From positions 180,048,001 through 180,112,000 of the forward strand of contig OZ024743.1 in the NCBI GenBank assembly GCA_964016885.1: 64,000 nt of DNA, in the 5' to 3' direction. Positions 53,573 to 64,000 of the stretch are shown one piece after another. A program made the translations under genes and the position numbers. This DNA is from Eledone cirrhosa (Eukaryota). The stretch's first letter is position 1, and each line of letters opens with the position of its first letter. The notes under the pieces are model-generated. The model was not told where the DNA came from and searched no databases. It saw only the letters and a program-made list of their open reading frames with translations.

Positions 53573-56500
53573 GCATTTATCTTGCTTTATGTTCATACGA
53601 GTTATCACCAAGTTACAACCAGTGACCTCAAGAGACAACAAGGTCCACCATGTTCAAGAAAGAACATACATACTCACACATGCAACTTTAGGTGTTTAGA
53701 CATGTGATGTACTTATATTGACAGAATCTTCCTTAGTATATGGCAGTTCCCATTAGTACTATCTTTTGTATTTCTCCTCGGGTTTCCTGGGTTTTGCGAT
53801 AAGTAATCATTAGACCCCTTAGGTATCATTCCTAGAGCGCCTACAACCACTGGTATTGTTTTAGTTCTCAATTTCCACATTTTTCCAATTTCTATCTCCA
53901 GGTCCTTATACTTGCTCAATTTTAGGTTACTACTGGTATGGCAAGCGTGTTTATGGCATCGATCCTATTCCTTGCATTCAATTCCGTTCTTAAGATTGCT
54001 CTTACTCTGCGGTAACATTCCTTCCTTATCCTTTCCTTCATTGTCGAGTGCTTGAATCGGTCTCCTTCACAAACACCTAGATATTTGTAAGTTTCCTCTT
54101 GATCAAGTTCTCTTATCACATTCCCCCGATCAAGATTAATGTCTGAACTTTTCAACAGCTTTCCTCTGGTGAACGTTGCTTTGGCGCATTTATTTAGTCC
54201 AAACTCCATTTTAATATCATCACTGAACTGCTCCACAGTGGATAATAGCCCTTGCAATTGTTCATCATTTTTTGCAAATAGTTTCAGGTCATCCATGTAG
54301 AACAGGTGATTAATGGTTTTGTCATAGACTTTATATCCATGTTTTGTTTCATTGAGCATTTTACTTAATGGTATAAGTGCGATGCAGAATAAAAGCGGTG
54401 ATAAAGAGTCACCCTGAAAAATTCCACAATTAATATTAACTTCTCCAGCTTCCAGTGATTTTGATTCACTATTCAAAAGGAGTGTCGTTTTCCATGTCTT
54501 CATACTGAATGACTGACAAGAACCTCCTCATAACGACAGATATTTTGAAAATCTCTAAACATTTTTCAATACAACTGTGTGGCAAACTATCGAATGCTTT
54601 TTTATAATCTATCCAAGCAATTGATAGATTTTTGTGTCTATTATGGCAATCTTCCAGTATCATTTTGTTAACCAAAAGCTGATCCTTACAGCCATATGAG
54701 CCTCGTTTACACCCTTTCTGCTCAATGGGAAATAGGTCATTTGTTATCAGGTGGTCATATGTATATTCAGTTAGGAGTGATGTTAAAATGTTATGCATTG
54801 TTGTCAAGCAAGTTATCGGTCTCTAATTTTGGGGATTGTTTGTCTCATCATTCTTCGGAAGCAGGAATGTAATGCCGTTAACTAGCCATGATGGTATCTT
54901 TTCTCGCTCTTTAACTATTTCATTGTAAAGTTGAGCTAACAGCTCATGAGACTCTGTGAAAGCATTTATCCAAACATTTGGTACTTTGTTTTTTCCTGGG
55001 AATTTCCATTTGTTGCTTTTTCTTAGAGCCAAACGCAACTGTTCAACTGTTATATTTTCCCACATTTGTTCCTCAAGGTGAGATGTATCTTTCATTTGTC
55101 TGTCTATCCATGGGGCATGTATATTATGAACTTTTTCTTCGGCCCAGATCTTTTCCCAGAATTCTTGCACTTCCTCCTTGGGTGGTATTGATTTAGCAGT
55201 TATCGTTGACTTGCCAATTTTTCTGTAGAAGTTTCTTTCGTTGTTTTTGAACATATTATTGTCCTTATAGAATCTAGATCGTTTTTCAAAGTGCCTTATC
55301 CGAGCAGCTTTGGCCGACACTTTTTGCTCGATTATTTCTATCAGCATGTCTATGTCACTTGTTGATTTTATACTGTATTTTCTTTTCAATTTTCTAAGTT
55401 TAGCTTGTCTAACATTTTGACCTACTTTGTAGTTTGTTAAAATTTCTGTCAGATTGGAGAAGGTTTATTTAGCGATTGATGTTCTCTTGCCAAGTAGATT
55501 TCTTGAGGGAATTCCTTTGTTTTTTTTCATTTTCACTCCACATAAGTGAGTGGTGACTTTAGCCGATGCATAATAGAGATCATTTAAATCAGTAATGTTT
55601 AGTTTGTTTGAGAATTATGTTAGTCTTGTGTATTATCTTTTGGTTCGGTTTGGAGTTCCCCCATGTCAGATTCTTTCATTTTAATCCATTCGATCATAAT
55701 TTCATCCTTCAAGTTGGCAAGTTCATTCTCATTCATTTCTTTATCATTTACTATCTCATTGTTTTCATTTGGAGTTTCATCTTGAGCATGCACTCCCTCC
55801 ACTTTTTCGATCCTTTCTTTAATTTGTTCTGTTGTCAGTGATTCCGCCCCAACCCTGGGATTCGAAGTGTTACAATTTACCTCGTTTTCACTGACGCATG
55901 TTTCATTTTCCCTTCGCTGACTTTGTGCTAATAGCTTGATCTGATCAATTTCTATATCAGTTAGTAACTTTTTTTTAACAATATTTCGTCGTATATTGGC
56001 TAGTTTGTTACTGTCAATATAGCCTCTGTTTTCGGGATGTTTCTTTTTCTAGTTGATATATATCTGTTCTGTATTCGATGTATTTGATGGGTAGTACATG
56101 GCAGTGTAGAAAGCCTCAAGGACTTCTTTATTATCTTCCCTTGACCATTCTTCTCTCATTTTCTTTGGATTTCTTGGTGGTGAGCATGGAGGGCCAACAG
56201 TAGGAGTATTCCGGTTATGGGAGGTCTCCAGCTCCGAAGTGATGGGAAGGTTTGAACCATTAGCTGATTTTACGACCCCAGTCTTGTTCCTCTCTGAGGG
56301 ACGCGGCCCTTTTTGACCCGGGTGACGGCCGATCCGGTATGAGATTTTATCTTTAGACATTTACTTTATTTTGTCGCGTTTTATCCTTATCCGCCAAGGG
56401 GTAATCATTTCGTGTTACCACTTCTAGGACGAGTGTCAACCAAGACTAGAGGGGTCGTCCTCCCCTAGAGACACGGCTATTCCCCGCCTGTCGCCATCCC

Positions 56501-56599
56501 GTATTTCTTGGTGACGGGGTTTTCTTTTTTGTTGTTTTTTAAATTGTTAGTATCATGAGTGGTTCCTTGATCTGAGCATTGCGTGGCTTCAGAATGAAA
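53573..56599 (-). mobile_element. R4/Dong-type family C, copy 2, ~960-bp deletion at ~53922
   Basis: Same termini as 40924-44158. ATG at 56360. RT motifs present, CCHC and most of REL missing. Confidence 0.92.
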
Positions 56600-56838
56600 T
56601 TATTAATAATATAATATACTTTTTGCTGAAGTTGCCTGTTATTGTTGTTGGCTATGTCGGTGGTGGTGCTGGGGCTTTTTCTATTGTTGGTGGGGAAGGG
56701 GGGATCCAGCAGTGCCATAGTCATTGACGTTTGGCCGGTGGCCGGGTCACTATGTCAATCTATTTATATCTTTTGCTAGCCTCTCCCTTGTCTAGTGATA
56801 CCGCCATCTTCCCCTTTCTTAAGTTAACAGAAAATAAT

Positions 56839-57022
56839 TGTTTCTACCTTTGGCACAAGGCCAGCAATTACCCAGTACATTACTGGTACTTTATTTTATC
56901 GACCCCGCAAGGATGAAAGGCAAAGTCAACCTCGGCGGGATTTGAACTCAGATCGTAAAGGGACGTAACTATGCTGGAAAGCATGGCGTCCGACCCTCTA
57001 CCGATACTGCCAATCCACCGCC
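56839..57022 (-). mobile_element. SINE with 15-bp TSD
   Basis: ttaacagaaaataat at 56824-56838 and 57023-57037. Empty site at ~44434-44448. Confidence 0.93.
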
Positions 57023-57699
57023 TTAACAGAAAATAATGGGGGAATAGTGGTGGTAGCAATGAAGGAGTGATGACGGCGGTGATGGGATAGTGGTGGAAAT
57101 GATGGATGGAGTGGTGGCGGCTGTGACTATAGTGATGGCGTTGTCGTTACTGAGTGTTGTTGAATAGACCAGTTTTGTTTGATCTGTGTATCTATGCGTT
57201 TGTCGCGTATGTTTAATATATGTGTTGACATATTTCTTAATATTTGAATTAAACATTTTGTTAAAACTTGAGACAATAATAATAGTAATTATTATTATTA
57301 TGCTGAGATTGGTGGTGGTGGTGGTGAAATTGCCGTTATCTGGCTGTTGTATTTAGTGTACACAGAGAGGTGATGGGGTAGGTGGTGAATCTAGTTTCTG
57401 GTGTTGGTGAACTTGCTGTTATTTGGCTGTTCTATATAGTGTAGACAGAGGGGTTTTCTTCCACTTATAACCATTTTCTTTTTTGAATATAAAATGTATA
57501 ATACAAAATTGAATATTTGAGCGATATAACAATATATTATGGATCCGAATTTTTCTGAGACTTAAGTCGGATTCTTTATGTATCATTTGCACTAAGAATT
57601 GTTATTTCACAATTGATTTAAATATGTTAAAAATCAAAAACTTTCCGGAGCGATTTCATGACCTTCTATCCACCACGTGCGTCCTCTTCTTCCCATATC

Positions 57700-57752
<53 letters not shown>

Positions 57753-60700
57753 GGCGACCTACGTAGTAAATCGTATCATCGTGAGCTCCGCAAAGGTTTG
57801 TTATTTCCGTTTGTTAAAAATTGTCATTTATGGAAAATTTTATTGTTAACTGTTTATAAGCGCACATACATTGTTTTCCGAAAAGGATACCCAAAAAGAT
57901 TGGGGCCTTGTGCCCAAAATTTAAACTTTTATTATTATCAAAAAAATTTCTTTGAAAAAAATGGCTAATTCACCTCTGCACGAAGCAGCTGAAAGCCTTC
58001 CTCACAAATTAACACCTCACACCGACACCACCATTGTAAATGATACTACGTTTGCCAACACAAAAAAAATATAAGCACTAGCAATATTTTAAATTTGTCT
58101 CAGGCAGACATTCATTTCCCGCCATTACCAATGACTGCAGGTGTTAAAGCCTCCACCACCACCACCACCGCGACAACCACCATCACCACCACCACCACCA
58201 CCGCGACAACCACCACCACCACCACCACCGCGACAACAGAAACAAAAGAAGAAAAAAATAAATTAACTCGTGATGTCGAAATGAAATCAAGCAAAATGGA
58301 CTCTTCCCCCCCCCCCCCCAAAGACGACTGACGTCACCACCACCACAACTGAAACTAAAATGAATATTAACGATAGCAACAACAAAAACAATGACATTAT
58401 AAAACCCCCCCTCAGTTTCGCCAGAGTAGCAAAACAGTTCGAAGCATTTACGGTAACTCAGGAGGATTTAGAAAATGCCAAACAAATGGTAAAGAAAGAT
58501 GGGTACAGGATCAGCCTCACCCCCCCCCCACACCTAATAAAAATGGAGCATCGGCGCCTATGCACCGTGTCGTATAGAACAATAAATGTAAAATCGTGCC
58601 GAGTGGAACGGGCATCCGAGTCCCAAATCCAAAAAGCTTTGGGACATGTGTGGGCAAGAAAAACCCACATTAGACGTGGGCAAAAGTATGGACCCGTGGA
58701 CGTGTTCTCTGAAACACCAGAGGAGGCTAGAGAACACTCCATGGCCCCATTAAGAATTGACGACTTCACACTCGTCCCAAGCTATTGTGGCCAGAGACTC
58801 GTAAAGATCAGGGTGACCCACGTTCCACCGGCCATCGAAATTCCCTGGCTAATAGCGGCTGTCCTCGCCGGCATCGAAGCCGACACGAAAATAATAGCAA
58901 TAGCAAAAGAAAAGCAGGAGAACTGGTCCGGATCTGGGATGGAGCTCCTGATCCAAGCGGACCAAAAAAGCATTGAGGAGATCCCAGAGGTAATAGACCT
59001 CACTGACGGCAGCCACCTCACGGTAATTTCGAGGGCAGAAGACCTAGGTGTGTCGTTTGTGGTGAAGGAACCCACCTAAGGGGTTTCTGCCCTCAGGCTA
59101 AAAGGTTGAGGCCACCTCTCCTACCCACCCCAGTGACACAACCATCAACACCACCAGTAGCAGAGATGGCAGCAACAACTGTAGCAGCAACAACAGAAGC
59201 AACTATAACAGCAACAACCCCAGCAACAGTAGCAAAACCAACACCACCACCACCACCACCAGCAAAACCAACACCACCACCACCCAACGCTTCAGAACTA
59301 GCACCAGCGCCTACACCATCCACCACGCCACAACCAAAACTAACGGCTGTGGAGGATTTTCCACTCCCCGGCTTATCACAACTGGAGACAGATTGTGACG
59401 ACAAGGAGTGGGAAACGATATCCGGAAGAAAAAAAAAGAAACCAAAAATAGAAAAAATTCTCTTCCTTCCCCCTCCAAAATCAAAATACAGAGGGAAACA
59501 AATAAATTAAGAAACAAAAAAGTTAGGACAGATATGCCACCATCCACACCAGCATCACCAACCCCATCAACCCAAACACCAACACCATCACCATCATTAA
59601 CCCCAACACCACCATCACCTACACCACAAAAGTCACCAAAATGCGAAACAGAAACAAACCCGCAACAAACGCAAACAAAACAAAACAACCAAAACGATAC
59701 ACACTACACAGCATTATACTACATCCAACACAACACCAGCATCACAGAAAAAGACTACACAACAACCCAACAATTCACACCACCTCCACACATACAAATC
59801 ACTCGCATCACACAGAAAACGTACAGGACACTAAAACAAAAATTACCCAAAGATATCGGAGACTTCCGACAAGCACTCTCCAGGAGGATTTATAAGGACA
59901 TCCTTCCTGAGGAGGCCACAAGCAGTGAAAAGGATGGAAAAACCGTCCTTCCCCTACGAGAAGTAAGGTAAGTGGTATTTCCCATCTTTTACACTCCTTT
60001 TCAACATGACCTCAATCACAATAGGCAGCATAAATGCGCGTGGCTTGGGGTCGTCATGGAACCAGGGCCACCTGCTCAACGACCTCAGGTCACTAAACAT
60101 AGATGTAGTGGCCATCAGCGAGACCAGAATCTCCGAAGCACAGGCTTTCGCACCGATCTTCGGCGGCTACGATGTGTACGCATCTCCCAGCCGTCCGGGA
60201 TCGGGAGGAGGAGTTGCTGTGCTTTTTCGGAGAGGTTTGGATCTTGCCATACGGGCCATCTTCCTGGACCCAGAAGGTAAGTTGGTGGTGCTGGACGTGA
60301 CCAGCGGAGACGGCCAAGCTTTCAGGTTAGTGGCCGTCTATGCCCCGACAGGAGCAGGGCGGCCTGATTTCTTCCGGCGTCTGGAGACCTTTCTTGGAAC
60401 GTCCCGCTCTTTAGTGTTAGTGGGCGACTGGAACGGGATCTTAGATGCACGCTGGGATTGTGTGGGATTAGTGGATAGGGAAGGAGGGTGCAAGAGTCTC
60501 ACCAACCTGCTCAGACGTTTTGATCTGTCTGACAGGTACCGAATGGATTTCCCGAATGTACCAATGTGGACTTGAACAAATCGCATAGGGTCATCCAGAT
60601 CATATCTAGATAGAGTATTTTGTAGGGAAATAGATAGGTCTAGCATAGGCTGTCCACAATTCAAGATAGTCAGCTACACGGACCACAAATTCGTGATCTG

Positions 60701-63655
60701 TGTGCTTGACTTAGATAGGCTTCATAGACGAGGACCCGGCTACTGGAAGCTAAACGCGTCCTTACCAGCGCGCAAGGCCTACAGAGACCGGATTAGCGAA
60801 CTAGTTAAGCGGGCGTTGACGGGGGCCATCGTCAACAACAAGTGGTGGTTTCCTCTGAAAAGAGCAATTAGAATAGAGTCCATTAGGTTTAGTAAGACTT
60901 TAGCAATAGAGAAAAATAGAGCAGAGGGAGAATTAGTTAGAAAATTAGACGAGGCGCTTAGCAAAGGCATCGCGACCGACGTACTTGCGGCGAAATTGGC
61001 CCTTGACGAATTCTTCAATGCAAAGCACGAAGGCTGCGTTGTCAGAGCTAGGGTGCGTGCTCTCAGACACGAGGGGACAAAATCCGTTCAATGGGCTCGA
61101 GTGGCGGAGGCGCGTCGTGGCAACAAAGCCACGATCCGGTCTTTGGTGGACCACGACGGGCGCATGTTACTCGATCCCGGGCAAACGTGTGAAGCTTTCC
61201 AATGACACTTCGCTCAACTGTTCCGGGGCAGTGGCGGGCCGGATCGAGGGATGTACTTTAGTGTTTACCTCGACGGACTGCCGCGGCTCTCGGCCACTGA
61301 GGCGAAGTGTTGCGAAAGACCGATAACAACCGCTGAAGTACGGGATGCAATGACTAGTTGCACAAGGGGTAAATCGCCTGGTTTAGATGGTCTGCCCTAT
61401 GAACTTTACGTACAATTGCCAAACTTGTTCGGAGGCCTCTTGGCGGACGTCTACTGCAACTGGCAACAGAACGGGAGAATTCCCAGCTTTGTGAGCCGAG
61501 GAGCGGTGGCGCTGCTGAGAAAGAATCCGAACAAGGGGGATAACATAGATAATTTTAGGCCCATAACTCTGCTAAACAAAGAGTTCAAGATTTTGGTCAA
61601 GGTGCTAGCAAAGAGGTTGGCGCTTGTCGTTGGTGGTCTGGTGGGAGAGGCACAGACATGTGCCATTCCCGACAGATCCATTCACGACAACCTCCACCTC
61701 ATGCGATACATCGTAGAGAGGGTAGCTAGGGAACCTGGCACGGGTGGGTCTTTGATCAATTAATTCAGTCGAAAGCCTTCGATAGGGTCGACCATCGTTA
61801 CCTAGCGGCAGTCCTGAGGGCGGCTGGCTTTGGGCCCGTCTTCAGAGGCTGGATCGCTGCCATGCACAGCGACATCTGTTCTGTAGTGAGAGTGAACGGT
61901 CACCTTTTGGAACCGTTCAACATCTTGCGCTCGGTTCGCCAAGGATGTCCCCTCTCGTCCCTATTGTACGTATTGACTCTCGAGCCATTACTGCACAAAC
62001 TGGAGACGTTGAGGGGGGTCCCGCGCGAACTAGGATGCGGAAGATCCGTGTCAGCATATGCCGACGATGTCACCGTAGTGGTGTCGAACGCCAAACACAT
62101 CGGCACTACACTAAGAGAATATGAAGCGGTGACAGGAGCAATGATCAACCAGGAAAAGTCAGTGGGCCTGCAGCTCGGCACCTGGAGAGGCAGGTCCATG
62201 CCGTCCAACAGCGTCGCCAGGCGCTGGACGGACGGACCGGTTAAATTGCTAGGGGTCTGGTTCGGTCCAGACCTCCAGACGGACAAAAACTGGGACGAGG
62301 TGACGAGCAGGGTGGCTTCTCTCACCCAGAAATGGGCCGAGAGGAAGCTATCCCTGAAAGGTCGAGCGGAGGTGGCTAACGCGTACATCGCGTCCGTCAT
62401 CTACTACCGGCTGACCGTCGTACCTTGTCCTAAGCCCCGCCTGACTGCGCTGGAGCGTTTGCTCTTTCGCTTCTTGTGGAAGGGACGCGCTCCGATGGTC
62501 AGGCGGTCCATCTGCTGTCAACACCCGCTACGTGGAGGGCTGGGCTTGCCGTGGCTGATGATGCGCAGACACGCGCTCAGGCTACGACATCTCCACCTCT
62601 TCCTCGACGGTGATCAGGTGTGGTCGCCGTTTGCTAGACAAGTTTTTCCCCAGCTCGTCTCCTTGACGGAGCTGCAGTCCTGGGTCAAGCGAAGACCGAG
62701 AGGGAGCGCTTGGAGACTGGAATGTCTTCAGGCGCTCACAGCCCTCGACCAATCGGGCAATGTGATCGGTGGAAACTCCACCTTGGCGTTCTTTAGGGGA
62801 TTAGTGGAGGGGAAGAGCGACGACGTACTTGGAGAAACTCTAGGCGTCGACGAAAATCAACTAGCCAATCTCTTCGGAAGGACTTTCGGGCCGGGGCCTA
62901 TGGACAACTTCCAGAAATCTCTGGCCTGGCAGTGCTACCGGGGTGCTTTGCCAGTCCGGGATAAACTTTACAGGCATGGAGGTGCCGTCAGCCGGGCATG
63001 TCCGAGATGCGCACAGGGCGACGAAACCGTCCTGCACGCACTCGTCCAGTGTCCGAGCATTGCTGACTTGTGGGTTTATGTCGAACACCTGCTGTCACGT
63101 GTAGGACGGATCCAGCTATCAGCTGAGTCCATCGTGAGGATTGCCCCGTCCTCTTCCTTTAGCGGGGAAGGGCAGGCAGTTTTTATCTGTCTGGTGGCCA
63201 TGGCGAAAGAGATAGTATGGTGGACACGTTTGAAAGGGCTGAAGACGAGCACTTACCTCTTCGGTGATGCCCTGATTAACTTTTTTAAATTTCATCTGAA
63301 AAGGAAAATCAGGGTTGAGAGGGAAGTGCTCTCTTCCCAGCATTTTGTTGAAAGATGGGTGAGAGAAGCAAGTACGGCCCGAATGAATGGGCCTTCTCTG
63401 AGTATGTGTCTGTAAATTAAAGGTGGAAAACTGGGAGAGGGCACTTGCCCTGGTGTTCAGGGCCACTGTGGTCTTTTAGTGGTCTTTCTCCACAAATGTC
63501 CCTCGGAAGTCTCCCCCCTATTGGGGAATTTTTCTTTATTTTATTTCATCCTCTGTTTTTTTTACACGCAGAAATGCCCATTTGTACCGTCCTGTATTGT
63601 CCTGTACTGTCCTTAATGTCTACTTTATGTAAACCCTTGTGATTAATAAAGAAAA

Positions 63656-63656
<1 letters not shown>
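57753..63656 (+). mobile_element. Tx1-like family A, full-length (~5.9 kb), lightly mutated
   Basis: ORF1 57961-59971 (frameshifts). ORF2 60006-63415 with stops at ~60575, 61205 and 61763. (ATT)n at 57700-57752 and 63657-63710. Confidence 0.94.
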
Positions 63657-63705
<49 letters not shown>

Positions 63706-63710
63706 TTATT

Positions 63711-64000
63711 GAGTCTGAACGGACGTCTTTTTGCTCGTTCCCGTAAGTTTATTTATTTACCTGTCAAAACTTATTTATTGAATTTTTTGTTATTGTGTAA
63801 GGCATACAAGCCCTTGGACTTTACCCTGTGAAAGGGAAAGAATAATATTTGGGCCTTTTGGCCCAATAATTTAAACTCTTTTACATTTTAAAAAAATTAT
63901 CGAAAAAAAAAAAAACATGGCTAAATACCGATATGTCTGCTGTCATGTTACAACGACGGAAAAGTTGAGAGGAGTGGTACGCCGATATTAACAGAAATTG
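63711..64000 (+). mobile_element. Probable 5' end of a further Tx1-like element, cut by the window edge
   Basis: Begins right after (ATT)n. Has the TTGGGCC..GGCCCAA hairpin and A-rich ATGGCTA (63917) like the other 5' UTRs. Confidence 0.55.

Overview
Eukaryotic, AT-rich, microsatellite-dense DNA made almost entirely of non-LTR retrotransposons. The repeat content suggests a cephalopod such as Octopus (inference). I can support no host protein-coding gene. Layout: (1) 1-8.7 kb: (TA)n/(TG)n arrays, a decayed RTE LINE, a direct-repeat element, and Penelope and Tc1 relics. (2) 8.7-16.6 kb: a (TACA)n hub holding three RTE-derived bipartite SINE units and tandem R4/Dong-type RLE LINEs, one with an uninterrupted ~1080-codon ORF. 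(3) 18 kb: a CRE relic. (4) 19.9-64 kb: a nest of six Tx1-like (L1-clade) two-ORF copies plus the probable start of a seventh, mostly bounded by (TTA)n, with two antiparallel (TAA)n-flanked Dong-like copies and Deu/Nin-type SINEs. Best leads: a pseudoknot in the Dong 5' UTR with a compensatory base change, whose motif is shared with the RTE-derived SINE; a splice donor on the Tx1 ORF1 stop that defines a possible 52-nt intron fusing ORF1 and ORF2 in frame; apparent (TTA)n targeting and ORF1/5' UTR swapping in Tx1; and a type-I hammerhead with a long stem II. All alignments and pairings were done by eye, so boundaries are approximate.
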